64,000 bases of DNA, from positions 4,512,001-4,576,000 of the forward strand of contig CBDFLE010000006.1 of assembly GCA_965248925.1 (NCBI GenBank), written 5' to 3'. Positions 1 to 9,926 of the stretch are shown one piece after another (positions within the stretch are counted from its first letter, which is position 1; every line of letters starts with the position of its first letter). The notes below the pieces were generated by a model, which was not told the origin of the DNA, did no database searches, and saw nothing but the letters and a program-made list of their open reading frames with translations. This DNA comes from Candidatus Multivoradales bacterium. Its GTDB lineage: Bacteria; Acidobacteriota; Thermoanaerobaculia; Multivoradales; J023. A program made the position numbers and the translations under genes.

Positions 1-90
1 GGATTTATTGCTGTCGCGGGCAACTATAGGCGCCGCGGTCGGGCGCGACAAGGCGGGTCGCCGACGTGTTGGGCACGGCGGAAGGCCCCT

Positions 91-1836
91 TCAGCTGTCG
101 ATCACGGCGCGGTGGCGTAACTTGTCGGCGGCGCGGGTGGTGGGGGCGTGAGTGAGAATCTGCTGGATTCCCTCGAGCGCTTTCACCGCATCGCCGACCG
201 CTTGGTAGAGCAACACCTCGCCGTAGAGGTTTTGCGCCAGCACTTCTTGGCGTTCGCGCACCGTGGTGACATGGTCGCCAGTGGGGAAGTGTTGTAAATA
301 CTCGGCGCCATTGTCGAGACCGTCGTATTTCTTGGCCAGCTCAACCAGTCGCCGGTCGGCCAGCTGGCGCAACTCATCGTCCTCGATCTGGGCACTGAGT
401 CGCGCCAGGGCAGCGAGACGGTCGAGAAAAGGAGCCAGGTTGCGCAGGCCGCGCACCGCTTTGACCCCGGCTTCGCTATCCGGGCCGCTGTCGGCGGCGC
501 GCAGGTACTGCTCTACCGCGTCGGTCTGGCGGCCCAGCCGGCTGTAGGCGTTGCCCAGGGTCAGCGCTACTTCGGGACTTTCCTCGGCGGTGGGGTAGTT
601 GCTGAGAAAGGTCTCCAGGAAAGCGGTCTGGTAGATGCCATCTCGCCACAGGGTGGCAGCTTTGGGGTAGAGCTTGTCGGCTGCGGCTCGCAGCTCGTCC
701 ATGCGCTGCTCCAGCTTGTCCACGAAGCCGCTTTTCGGGGTTAGAGTGCTGACTTCTTCGATCTCGATCAGGAAGGCCCGCACCAACTCGCCATAGTCGC
801 GTTGCAACTCCTCGTTTTCGAGTTCTGTGTCGTGCAGCCGATCGAGGCGCTTGCCTCGCAACTCTTCGGCGCGCCGCCCTTGGGGCCAGGCGGTGAGGGC
901 CGAGAACTCCAGATGTTGCTGTCCCTCGGACTTCTTGCGCGGCTCGGCGAGCCCCCAATCGAGCAGCGCCTTCTGGGTCAAGGCGCGATAGTCATCGGCC
1001 GGTCTGCGGTCTTCGATTTTGAGTTCAGCGGCGCGGACCTCGGCGGCCCGTTGGCGGGTGTCGGAGAAGGGGTGGGTGCGCCAGTAGCCGTAGACCTCGG
1101 ACTGCGGCAGGCGGTCATTCATCAGTTGCCACAAGCGACGGGCACCGGCCGGGTCGAAACCGGCGGCAGCGGCGATCCGTTGGCCTTCGTCGTCGGCCTC
1201 GTCTTCGAAATCGCGGCTGTAATTGCGCAGTAGCAATTCCGAAAGCACCACACTCGACGCCAGGGTGCCCTGAATCAGGTCCCCTTTGCGATTGTCCGAG
1301 TAGGTGCCGTCGCGAGTTGGCGTGCGCTCGTCGTCGACCCCGATCAGTACTCCGGCCAGGGTTGCCAGACTGAGCAGATTCAACAGCGTGGCGCGACGTT
1401 TAAGGCGCATGCCGTGGGCTCGTGTCACATGGGCGATTTCGTGCCCCAGCAAACAAGCCAGCATATCGTCGTCGAGTCCCAGGTCGAGCATGCCACGGGT
1501 GACGAAAATATGCCCACCGGGCAGGGCAAAGGCGTTTGGCACCGGAATCTCTGCGAGGAAAAACGAGAAAGGGTAGTCGCTGAATTGGGCTTGTTGGGCG
1601 AGTTCATAGCCGATGTCGGCTATCCGCCGCAGCTCTTCCGGCCGGTCGCCGCTGCCGTACTCAGCCAACGCCTGGCGACTGGCTTCGAAGCTTTTCGCGA
1701 ACAGATCTTGGTTCTTGATCTCTATGTTCTGGGCCGCGCTCATCAGTGGCGTCAGCAGAGGCGTGCAGAGGGCCAGGGATAGAGAGCAGTAGAAGCGCAG
1801 CGAGCGAGGGCCACGGGCGGAGCGGAAATCGTCCAT
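91..1836 (-). CDS. M48 family zinc metallopeptidase (BepA-like) with C-terminal TPR-like helices
   Basis: PNAFALPGG and GHEIAH zincin motif; YSRDFEDEAD and THP motifs typical of M48; signal-peptide-like N-terminus. Confidence 0.85.
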   Translation of the reverse strand: MDDFRSARGPRSLRFYCSLSLALCTPLLTPLMSAAQNIEIKNQDLFAKSFEASRQALAEYGSGDRPEELRRIADIGYELAQQAQFSDYPFSFFLAEIPVPNAFALPGGHIFVTRGMLDLGLDDDMLACLLGHEIAHVTRAHGMRLKRRATLLNLLSLATLAGVLIGVDDERTPTRDGTYSDNRKGDLIQGTLASSVVLSELLLRNYSRDFEDEADDEGQRIAAAAGFDPAGARRLWQLMNDRLPQSEVYGYWRTHPFSDTRQRAAEVRAAELKIEDRRPADDYRALTQKALLDWGLAEPRKKSEGQQHLEFSALTAWPQGRRAEELRGKRLDRLHDTELENEELQRDYGELVRAFLIEIEEVSTLTPKSGFVDKLEQRMDELRAAADKLYPKAATLWRDGIYQTAFLETFLSNYPTAEESPEVALTLGNAYSRLGRQTDAVEQYLRAADSGPDSEAGVKAVRGLRNLAPFLDRLAALARLSAQIEDDELRQLADRRLVELAKKYDGLDNGAEYLQHFPTGDHVTTVRERQEVLAQNLYGEVLLYQAVGDAVKALEGIQQILTHAPTTRAADKLRHRAVIDS

Positions 1837-1899
1837 GGGCTCATTCTAAAGCACGCTCCATGCCAATCCTGGGGCGAGGCTGTGATAAATTCCCGCGCC

Positions 1900-2184
1900 A
1901 TGAGCGAGCTAGTTATAGAAGTCCCGACCGACAAGGGCAGCATGGCAGAGCTTCGGGAGGCTCTCGATACCGCGTTCAAGAGTCAATTCCCCGGCGGCAT
2001 GTTGAAGGCGCAGTGGGCCGAGGAGGTGCTGGAACTCCGTGGTCCCGGTGCCAAGGGTTCGATTGTCTTCGAAGCGGGCCAACTGGTGGGCCGGGCCAAA
2101 CTCTCACCGCCCGCCAGCATGATGAAGCCGATGATCCTGCAAAAGGTGACCGCGGCTCTCGAAGCCGCCGTGGCCACGGCCTGA
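1900..2184 (+). CDS. small protein resembling the polyhydroxyalkanoic-acid-system (PHA_gran_rgn) family
   Basis: 94 aa; W..e.L...GpGakGsI pattern and C-terminal helix resemble the family; ATG at 1900. Confidence 0.5.
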   Translation: MSELVIEVPTDKGSMAELREALDTAFKSQFPGGMLKAQWAEEVLELRGPGAKGSIVFEAGQLVGRAKLSPPASMMKPMILQKVTAALEAAVATA

Positions 2185-2196
2185 TCGGCTCAACTC

Positions 2197-3057
2197 GTGG
2201 GCATCGTGTCGCCGTCCTCGCTGCCCTCCGTGCTGGCCGCGCGAGCGGTGAGACATGGCGAGGAACCCTGGCTGTTTTATCGTCGCGAGCAACATTGGCG
2301 CTGGCTGTCCTGGGGGCAGCTGGCCGATCAAGTGGCGCGTGGCGCTGCGCGGCTGCGCGGCTCTGCTATCGCCGCTGAATCGAACGCTCCTTTGGGCTAT
2401 GCCTGTTGCCCACCAGCAGCGGCCGTAGCCGTCGATCTGGCGTTGCAAGCTGCCGGCCTGGCCGGTATGGCTTGCGGCGGCGAACCTGCCGCGGCTCGGC
2501 ACCAAGCTGAACAGGCGGGCTGCGCTGGCTGGCTGGAGGTGGCCGAGGACAACGTTAGCGGGTCCCCGGTCTCGCCTGCTCTTCCCACCTTGCGCCTGCC
2601 CACGGCGCAGTCGCGGTTGCGCCGTTGGCAAGGGCAGACGCTGGCACCCGATGCCCGACTCTCCCCACCCTCGTGGACCGCTTTACTCGACTGGAGCAAG
2701 CAGTTTCCTGCCAACCAGGAACGCTGGGTCGCCCACAGCGGGGTTGGGCTAGAACAGCCCGTGGGCCGTGCCTTGCTCGCTTGGAGCCTGCTCACCGGAG
2801 CGGCATTGGCACTGCCTCCAGCGGGCGCAGAGCTGGTTGCTGATTTGCTGTGGACTCGGCCCCATTTGGTGTTCGCCCCGGCGGCGGAACTCTCTCTGCT
2901 GGCGACGGCGCTTGAAGATCGCCGTCATCGTCGAAGTAGTCGATTGTTGGTGGTCTCGGCGAGCGACGGTGGCGTATTGAGCGACCAGGGCCAAGCTGCT
3001 GTCTGGGACCGTCTCGGGGTTCTCTGGCTGCCCCCTCCTCCTTCTCCGTCTCCTTGA
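2197..3057 (+). CDS. truncated or degenerate AMP-binding (acyl-CoA ligase-like) protein
   Basis: N-terminus (W..LSW.QL...V...AA.L) resembles long-chain acyl-CoA ligases; no TSGTTG loop; only 286 aa. Confidence 0.45.
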   Translation: MGIVSPSSLPSVLAARAVRHGEEPWLFYRREQHWRWLSWGQLADQVARGAARLRGSAIAAESNAPLGYACCPPAAAVAVDLALQAAGLAGMACGGEPAAARHQAEQAGCAGWLEVAEDNVSGSPVSPALPTLRLPTAQSRLRRWQGQTLAPDARLSPPSWTALLDWSKQFPANQERWVAHSGVGLEQPVGRALLAWSLLTGAALALPPAGAELVADLLWTRPHLVFAPAAELSLLATALEDRRHRRSSRLLVVSASDGGVLSDQGQAAVWDRLGVLWLPPPPSPSP

Positions 3058-3191
3058 GCAGCGCCAGATTTGCTGCCGCTTACGCCGCGACGCGGCGCGG
3101 CTTCGGGCTAAGATAGTGGTCATCGGTCTGGCACCGATTCCGCAACTCACTCCGGCCGGCATTGCCGGGCCGTCAGTAGTCAGGAGGATTC

Positions 3192-4646
3192 ATGGCAGAG
3201 AGACCTTCCCCAGACGCCGCCATCAACGCCACCACCGCCGCTCAGCTGAACGGTGATGTGGCGGCCGTGAGCCGCGAGATTCAGCAACGGGCCGATTCGG
3301 TGTGGACCCGGGGTGCCGGTCAGGCGCCGATGATCGCCAAGCGTCGGCGCCAGGCGCTCAAGAGTTCGCGCGGCCGGGTGGCGATTGTCGATGGTTGCCG
3401 CACTCCCTTCGCCAAGGCTGGTACGGTGTACTCGCAGATGGATGTGGTCGATCTGGCCAGCCGTCCGGTGGTGGCGCTGGTCAGCCGCATGGGGCTGGAT
3501 CCGCAGCAGATCGACCTGTCGATTTTCGGTCTGGTGGTGCCGTTGCTGGCCGCCCCCAACCTGGGCCGCGAGGTGGTGCTGCGCGCCGGGCTGCCGAAGA
3601 CGATCGAGGGCAGCACGGTCAATCTGGCCTGTGCCTCCTCTAATCGGGCCATCACCAGCGCTGCCGAAGCGATTCTGGCGGGCCAGGCGGAGGTAGTGCT
3701 GGCGGGGGGCGCCGAGTCGCTGTCCAACCCGCCAATCCTCTACTCGCGCAATGCTTCGCAGCGCTTCGTCGAACTCAGCAAGGCTCGCTCGGTGGCGCGC
3801 AAGGCTCAGATCGTCGGCAAGTTGCGGCCCAAGGATCTGCTGCCGGTAGCACCAGCGATCGCCGAGTACACCACCGGCATGAGTATGGGACAGGCTTGCG
3901 AGAAGATGGCCAAGGAGAATGGCATCTCGCGCCAGGCGCAGGATGAAATCGCCCTTTTGTCGCATCAGCGGGCGGCCGCGGCGACTGCTGCCGGGTGGTT
4001 CGATTCACAGATCGTGCCGACTTTTCCAACAGGGCAGTGGGACCAACCGGTGACGGCGGACACAGGCATTCGCCCGACCACGTCGTTGGAGCGTTTGGCC
4101 GAACTCAAGCCAGTCTTCGACCGCGGCTATGGCACTCTGACCGCCGGTAACTCCAGTCCGCTGACCGATGGTGCTTCGGCGGTGATCCTGATGAGCGAGA
4201 AAAAGGCCGCGGCGCTGGGCTACGAGCCATTGGGCTATATCCGCTCTTACGCCTACGCCGCTCTCGATCCGGCGACCCAACTGCTGCAAGGGCCTGCCTA
4301 CGCCGCTCCTCAGGCTCTCGACCGCGCCGGCATGAAGCTCGCCGATATTGACTTGGTGGAAATGCACGAGGCCTTCGCGGCGCAGATCGTGTCGAATATG
4401 AAAGCCTTTGCCTCGAAACGCTTCGCCCGCCAGGAACTGGGCCGCAGTCAGCCTCTGGGGGAGATCGATTTACAGCGTTTTAACGTCACCGGCGGTTCGA
4501 TCGCCATTGGCCATCCCTTCGGCGCCACCGGTGCACGGGTCACCCTGCAGGTGCTCAACGAACTCGCCCGGCGCGGCTTGGGCACCGGCCTGATCACGGT
4601 CTGTGCCGCCGGCGGCAATGGCTTTTCGATGGTCGTTGAGCGCTGA
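3192..4646 (+). CDS. fadI: acetyl-CoA C-acyltransferase (FadI-type thiolase)
   Basis: RTPF, ACASS catalytic Cys, MHEAFA, GHPFGATG, CAAGG motifs; SD AGGAGG upstream. Confidence 0.92.
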   Translation: MAERPSPDAAINATTAAQLNGDVAAVSREIQQRADSVWTRGAGQAPMIAKRRRQALKSSRGRVAIVDGCRTPFAKAGTVYSQMDVVDLASRPVVALVSRMGLDPQQIDLSIFGLVVPLLAAPNLGREVVLRAGLPKTIEGSTVNLACASSNRAITSAAEAILAGQAEVVLAGGAESLSNPPILYSRNASQRFVELSKARSVARKAQIVGKLRPKDLLPVAPAIAEYTTGMSMGQACEKMAKENGISRQAQDEIALLSHQRAAAATAAGWFDSQIVPTFPTGQWDQPVTADTGIRPTTSLERLAELKPVFDRGYGTLTAGNSSPLTDGASAVILMSEKKAAALGYEPLGYIRSYAYAALDPATQLLQGPAYAAPQALDRAGMKLADIDLVEMHEAFAAQIVSNMKAFASKRFARQELGRSQPLGEIDLQRFNVTGGSIAIGHPFGATGARVTLQVLNELARRGLGTGLITVCAAGGNGFSMVVER

Positions 4647-4653
4647 TCCGAGC

Positions 4654-5886
4654 ATGATGTCGACCCCTGCCGCGCCTTTGCCGCCATCCCAGCGTCCTCT
4701 CGAAGGGCTACTGGTGATCGACCTGAGTCGCTACCTACCCGGACCGTTGGTCAGTCGCTTGCTTGCTGATCTGGGTGCTCGAGTGCTGAAGATCGAGGAG
4801 CCTGGCCTCGGTGATCCATCTCGTCAGGCGCCACCAGCGGTCGCTGGCCAGAGCGCGTTAGCGACTCTCTTGCTGGCGGGTCATGAGAGCGTGGCGCTTG
4901 ATCTTGGCAAGGAGGCGGCGCGGGAAGTGCTCGATGGTCTGCTGGAATCGGCCGACGTGCTGGTGGAGAGCTTTCGCCCTGGCAAGCTGGCCAGTTTCGG
5001 ATTGGCTCCACGACGCCTGCGGCAACGCTTTCCCTCGCTGGTGATTTGTTCCCTGACCGGTTGGGGGCAGGAGGGGCCGTACGCCCAACGCGCCGGCCAC
5101 GATCTGGGCTACCAGGCGGTGGCCGGTAGCCTGGCTCCCGGTAGCGGCATGCCGGCGGTTCAAGTGGCCGACATGGTCGGCGGTTGGAGTGCCGCCAACG
5201 CCGTGTTGGCCGCCTTGTTGCGGCGCCAGCAAACCGGCGATGGCAGCTGGATCGACAGTGCCTTGCTCGACGCCGCTGGCCATGCCAATTTGATGGCGGT
5301 GGCGGCTGAGGCCGCGGCCGGCAAGCAGATCGGCGAGCGCTTGCTACTGACCGGCGCCTTGCCCTGCTATGACCTCTATCGCTCCCGCGATGGTCGGCCG
5401 GTGGCCATTGCGGCCCTCGAAGCCAAGTTCTGGCGCCTGTTTTGCCTTGCCGTTGGCCGCCGTGACCTGATCCGCCAGCGGCTTAGTGCCGAGCCGCAAA
5501 TCAAGCAGAAGATCGCCGATTTGATCGCCAGCCGCACCGGCGAGGAGTGGGCGCAGCTGTTTGCCGAGCAGGACTTTCCGGCCGAGCTGGTGCTGTCGCA
5601 GGCCGAGGCGCGGGAACATCCGCAAGTGCGGGCCCGGGGCCTGCTGCGACATGGCCAGGACGGACTCGACCGGATGGCTTATCCGGCATTGATCGACGGT
5701 CAACGGCCAGGCGGGGGCGGCGCCTTGGCGCAACTTGGTGAGCACACCCGGGCGGTGCTGGAGGAGTTTGGTCTGAGTTTCGAGGGCTCGCCGCTGCGCC
5801 GCCGGGCCAGCGGGGTTGGCCGCCGGCCTAGCCTGCGGCGATGGGTTTCGAGGCGGGTCTTGAAGCGCCGCCCGGAGGGCCGCTAG
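4654..5886 (+). CDS. CaiB/BaiF family CoA transferase (alpha-methylacyl-CoA racemase-like)
   Basis: DLSRYLPGP, LADLGA.V.KIE, ESFRPG, GHDLGY, HPQV.AR motifs. Confidence 0.9.
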   Translation: MMSTPAAPLPPSQRPLEGLLVIDLSRYLPGPLVSRLLADLGARVLKIEEPGLGDPSRQAPPAVAGQSALATLLLAGHESVALDLGKEAAREVLDGLLESADVLVESFRPGKLASFGLAPRRLRQRFPSLVICSLTGWGQEGPYAQRAGHDLGYQAVAGSLAPGSGMPAVQVADMVGGWSAANAVLAALLRRQQTGDGSWIDSALLDAAGHANLMAVAAEAAAGKQIGERLLLTGALPCYDLYRSRDGRPVAIAALEAKFWRLFCLAVGRRDLIRQRLSAEPQIKQKIADLIASRTGEEWAQLFAEQDFPAELVLSQAEAREHPQVRARGLLRHGQDGLDRMAYPALIDGQRPGGGGALAQLGEHTRAVLEEFGLSFEGSPLRRRASGVGRRPSLRRWVSRRVLKRRPEGR

Positions 5887-5907
5887 GCATCCTCCAGGGG
5901 CCACTCC

Positions 5908-5936
5908 TTGACGCTTCTCAGGGCCACCGGTAGAGT
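5908..5936 (+). promoter_or_regulatory. sigma70-type promoter of the TRAP/TPAT operon
   Basis: TTGACG-17 bp-TAGAGT, about 80 bp upstream of the operon. Confidence 0.7.
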
Positions 5937-6016
5937 GCTCTGCGAGCCTTCACCTAGCCTGACCTGGACCCTCTGGCAGTAGAGTTTCGCAATAAGACGT
6001 ACGCCCCTATCTCTCA

Positions 6017-7051
6017 ATGCACTCCAGAATTCATCTTTGCGGTCTGGCACCACTGATGGCGCGGCTCAAGGTTCTACCCACGGTGCTAGTCACCGTGTTA
6101 CTGACCAGCGCGCTGCTGTTGCTTGGTGGCTGTAGCTCGTTGAAGAACGCGGCCATCGGCCAAGTGGCCAAGGCGCTGACCACAACCGGCGACCTATTTG
6201 CTTCAGACGACGATCCTCAGCTGGTGCGCGAGGCGACCCCTTTCGCCCTGAAGGTTTTCGAGGGCTTGATTCTGCAGCGACCGCAGGACGCTGACTTGCT
6301 ACTTGCCACTTGCCAGGCTTTCACCCAATACACTTTGGCTTTTATAGAGATCGATGCGCGCCAATACGAGTTTAGCGATTTCCGCCGCGCCCGCGCTCTG
6401 GGCCAGCGGGCGTTGCGTCTTCACCTGCGCGCCAAGGGCTATTGCAGTCGTGCTTTGGAGCTGACCTTCCCCGGCATTTTGCAACAGCTCCAGCAGCGGC
6501 CGGAGGAGGCGCTGGCGAACATAGGCGAGCAGCATATCCGGCTGCTCTTTTGGAGCGGAGCGTCGTGGGGTGCCTCGGTAGCGCGGGGCTTGGACCGCCC
6601 AGAGTTGCTGGCTGAAGTGCCGGTGGTGCGAGCTTTGGCGCTGCGCTCCTTGGAACTCGATCCTGAATATGAGCGCGGCTTGCTGCAAGAAGCGATGCTG
6701 GTGCTCGAGTCCATCGAATTGATGGGCGGCTCGCCCGAGAAGGCACGGCAGCATTTCGAGCGCGCTTTGGAGATCAGCGGCGGCCAGCGGGTCAGTCCCT
6801 ACGTGGCCTATGCCTCAGCTGTCTCGGTGCCGAGCCAGGAGCGCGCTGAGTTTGAGCGTTTGCTGCGCCAGGCTCTGGCCATCGACGCTTATGCACCGGG
6901 TCCGGATCGGCTCGCCAACTTGGTCAACCAGCGTTTGGCGCGGATCTTGCTTTCTCAGATTGATGATCTCTTCCTCGACGATCTTGGAGACGACTGGGAC
7001 GATTCGGAAGGGACCACCGAAGCCTCGGGCGATTCGCCCGAGAATCTATGA
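6017..7051 (+). CDS. TRAP transporter TatT component (TPAT system lipoprotein)
   Basis: lipobox LLGGC; DDDPQLV.EA.PF.LK and GGSPEKA..HFERALE motifs; directly upstream of dctP and dctQM. Confidence 0.85.
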   Translation: MHSRIHLCGLAPLMARLKVLPTVLVTVLLTSALLLLGGCSSLKNAAIGQVAKALTTTGDLFASDDDPQLVREATPFALKVFEGLILQRPQDADLLLATCQAFTQYTLAFIEIDARQYEFSDFRRARALGQRALRLHLRAKGYCSRALELTFPGILQQLQQRPEEALANIGEQHIRLLFWSGASWGASVARGLDRPELLAEVPVVRALALRSLELDPEYERGLLQEAMLVLESIELMGGSPEKARQHFERALEISGGQRVSPYVAYASAVSVPSQERAEFERLLRQALAIDAYAPGPDRLANLVNQRLARILLSQIDDLFLDDLGDDWDDSEGTTEASGDSPENL

Positions 7052-7071
7052 AGTCAACGAGAGGAGGCCCG

Positions 7072-8109
7072 ATGAGCTCACCTCGATGGATCGATCGAAC
7101 GATTCTAACGACCTTTTTCTGCCTTCTGCCATCGCTGCTCACGGCACCGATGGCGGAGGCCAAGATGACCCTCAAGATGGCCACCCTGGTGCCCGCCGGC
7201 TCGGTGTGGGACAACGCCTTGCGCGAGATGGGAGCCGAGTGGCAGGAGGCTACCGAGGGCGAAGTAGTGATGCGACTTTACGGCGGTGGCCGGGCCGGTG
7301 ATGAGCCCGATGTGGTGCGCAAGATGCGCATCGGCCAGCTGCATGCCGGGGCGCTCACCGTCGGCGGTTTGAGCGAGATCGACAAGGGCTTCGAGATCTT
7401 CGAGATCCCGATGTTCTTCGAGTCTTATCCCGAGCTTTTCCATGTGCTCGACAAGTTGCGTCCCGAACTTGAGAAGCGGCTTGAGGCGAAGGGCTTCGTG
7501 CTCTTGCATTGGGGCCATGGTGGCTGGGTGCATTTCTTTTCCAAAGAGCCGGTGCGCACGGTCGATGATCTGCGGCGGCAGAAGCTGTTCGCCTGGGCCG
7601 GCAATGATGCGATGGTGCAACTCTGGCGGGCCAACGGTTTCAAACCAGTCGCCTTGGCGGCGACCGACATCATGACCGGCCTGCAAACCGGCATGATCGA
7701 GGCCCTGCCCACCACTCCGTTGGCGGCCTTGTCGTTGCAGTGGTACAGCCAGACCCCCTACATGCAGGACATCGGCTTGGCGCCGCTGGTTGGCGCGACG
7801 GTGGTGACTAAGAAGGCTTGGGACCGCATCTCGCCTGCGCATCAGAAGGAGATCCGGCGGGCGGCGCAACGCACCGAGCAGCTGCTAGCCCGACAGATTC
7901 CGCAACAAGATGCCAGTGCGGTCGAGCAGATGAAAGGCCGGGGTTTGAGCGTGGTCGAGGTCGACGACGCCACCGTCGCGATGTGGCGGGCGGCGGCGAA
8001 TGAGTTCACTCAGGTCAAGCGAGAGACGATGGAGGCCAAGGATCTGCTCGATCTGGCCCGACGTGAGCGCGACGCTTTCCGTGCCGCCCATGCGGAGGGG
8101 GACTCCTGA
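7072..8109 (+). CDS. dctP: TRAP substrate-binding protein DctP (TatP-type)
   Basis: LKMATLVPAGS.W, GDE.DVVRKMRIGQL, GLQTGMI motifs; SD GAGGAGG at 7061. Confidence 0.9.
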   Translation: MSSPRWIDRTILTTFFCLLPSLLTAPMAEAKMTLKMATLVPAGSVWDNALREMGAEWQEATEGEVVMRLYGGGRAGDEPDVVRKMRIGQLHAGALTVGGLSEIDKGFEIFEIPMFFESYPELFHVLDKLRPELEKRLEAKGFVLLHWGHGGWVHFFSKEPVRTVDDLRRQKLFAWAGNDAMVQLWRANGFKPVALAATDIMTGLQTGMIEALPTTPLAALSLQWYSQTPYMQDIGLAPLVGATVVTKKAWDRISPAHQKEIRRAAQRTEQLLARQIPQQDASAVEQMKGRGLSVVEVDDATVAMWRAAANEFTQVKRETMEAKDLLDLARRERDAFRAAHAEGDS

Positions 8110-9923
8110 ACCAAGCCCTCGGTCGTCTGGGCCGGCTATTCGGTCGCTGCGAGGGTGGCCTGGCCAGCTTGGCACTGGCTTTGATGGCCTTGTTGCCGCT
8201 GGCTGAACTGCTCAGTCGGGCGCTGCTGGGTCACGGCTTGCCGGGCTCGGGACCGTTTGTCCAGCACCTCACGCTGTGGGTTGGATTCTTGGGCGCCGCG
8301 TTGGCTGCTGCCGAAGGCCGGCTATTGGAGTTGGCTACCGGCACCTTTTTGCCCGCCGGTCGGCCGCGGGAGATTGCCAAGGTGTTCTCTGCCACGGTCG
8401 GGGTGGCGGTGTCGGCCTTGCTCTGCCGCGCGTCCCTCGACTTGGTGCTGATCGAGCGCCAGGCTGGCACCGAGGTGGCTGGGTTGCCGACTTGGGTGGC
8501 ACAGGTGGTGCTGCCGATCTCGTTTGCGGCGATTGCCCTGCGCCTGCTGTGGCGGGCCGGCGACAGCGCCTGGCCTCGGTTGCTGGCGGCGGCAGGGCTG
8601 GCGATTGGTATCTGGATCGGCCAAGTGCCTTATTTGCTCGAGTTCCGTCCGGCGTGGCCAGCGCTGCTGGTGATCGTCTTGGCTACTTTGCTCGGCGGGC
8701 CGATCTTCGTCGCTCTCGGCGGTGCGGCGATCTTCCTCTTCATGGCCGATGGAGTGCCGATTGCCGCGGTGCCGGCGGAGACCTACCGGTTGGCGGTTTC
8801 GCCCACTCTGGCGGCCATCCCGCTGTTTACTCTGACCGGCTTTTTGCTCGCCGAAGGCAAGGCATCTGAGCGCTTGGTTGGTGTTTTCCGCGCCTTGGTG
8901 GGCTGGATTCCGGGCGGCACGGCAGTGGTGGCGGCGGTGGTCTGTGCGTTCTTTACCGTTTTCACCGGTGGCTCCGGAGTGACCATCCTGGCGCTTGGTG
9001 GCCTGCTCTTCCAGGCCTTGCAGGCGGATGGTTATCGTGAGCGGTTCTCGCTCGGACTGCTCACCGCCAGCGGCTCTTTGGGGTTGTTGTTGCCGCCGGC
9101 TCTGCCGCTGATTCTCTATGGCATTGTTGCCCAGGTGCCGATTCGAGATTTATTCTTGGGTGGCCTTTTTCCAGGGCTGATCTTGGTCGGCTTGGTGGCC
9201 GCTTGGGGAGTCCGGGAGGGTCTGCGCACCTCCGCGAGCCGAACTAGATTCAATGGTCGGGAGGCTTTGGCGGCAATCTGGCGGGGCAAGTGGGAACTGA
9301 TGTTGCCGGTGTTCCTGCTGGTGGCAATCTTCAGCGGTCTCGCCACCCTGGTGGAAGCGGCCGCCTTGTCTGCGTTCTATGCCTTCGTGGTACAGGTTTT
9401 CATCCATCGTGACTTGCACCTGATCCGTGACCTGCCGGGGGTGCTGCGGCGCTGCGCCGTCTTGGTCGGTGGTGTGCTGGTGATTCTCGGCGTGGCGATG
9501 GGTTTGACCAGTTATTTGGTGGATGCGGATGTCCCCACCGTGGTGCTCGATTGGATGCAGAGTCATGTGTCCTCGCCGCTGGTGTTCTTGCTGATCCTCA
9601 ACGTCTTCTTGCTGTTGGTGGGTTGCTTGATGGACATCTTCTCGGCGACGGTGGTGGTGGTGCCGCTAATTGTTCCCCTGGGGGCGGCGTTCGGCATCGA
9701 TCCGATCCATTTGGGAATCATCTTCGTCGCCAATCTGGAACTTGGCTATTTGACTCCGCCGGTGGGGCTCAACCTGTTCTTGGCTTCCTACCGCTTTGAG
9801 CGTCCGCTGCTGACGATTTACCGGGCGGCGGTGCCAATGTTGGTGATTCTCGGCCTCGGTGTTTTGTTGATTACTTACGTGCCGGTACTGACCACCGGTA
9901 TCTTCAGCTTGCTCGGCCGCTGA
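8106..9923 (+). CDS. fused TRAP permease DctQ-DctM
   Basis: multi-TM; AIPLF, TGGSGVTI, ELGYLTPPVGLNLF motifs; start uncertain (CTG 8106 or TTG 8169). Confidence 0.88.
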   Translation: MNQALGRLGRLFGRCEGGLASLALALMALLPLAELLSRALLGHGLPGSGPFVQHLTLWVGFLGAALAAAEGRLLELATGTFLPAGRPREIAKVFSATVGVAVSALLCRASLDLVLIERQAGTEVAGLPTWVAQVVLPISFAAIALRLLWRAGDSAWPRLLAAAGLAIGIWIGQVPYLLEFRPAWPALLVIVLATLLGGPIFVALGGAAIFLFMADGVPIAAVPAETYRLAVSPTLAAIPLFTLTGFLLAEGKASERLVGVFRALVGWIPGGTAVVAAVVCAFFTVFTGGSGVTILALGGLLFQALQADGYRERFSLGLLTASGSLGLLLPPALPLILYGIVAQVPIRDLFLGGLFPGLILVGLVAAWGVREGLRTSASRTRFNGREALAAIWRGKWELMLPVFLLVAIFSGLATLVEAAALSAFYAFVVQVFIHRDLHLIRDLPGVLRRCAVLVGGVLVILGVAMGLTSYLVDADVPTVVLDWMQSHVSSPLVFLLILNVFLLLVGCLMDIFSATVVVVPLIVPLGAAFGIDPIHLGIIFVANLELGYLTPPVGLNLFLASYRFERPLLTIYRAAVPMLVILGLGVLLITYVPVLTTGIFSLLGR

Positions 9924-9926
9924 CCG

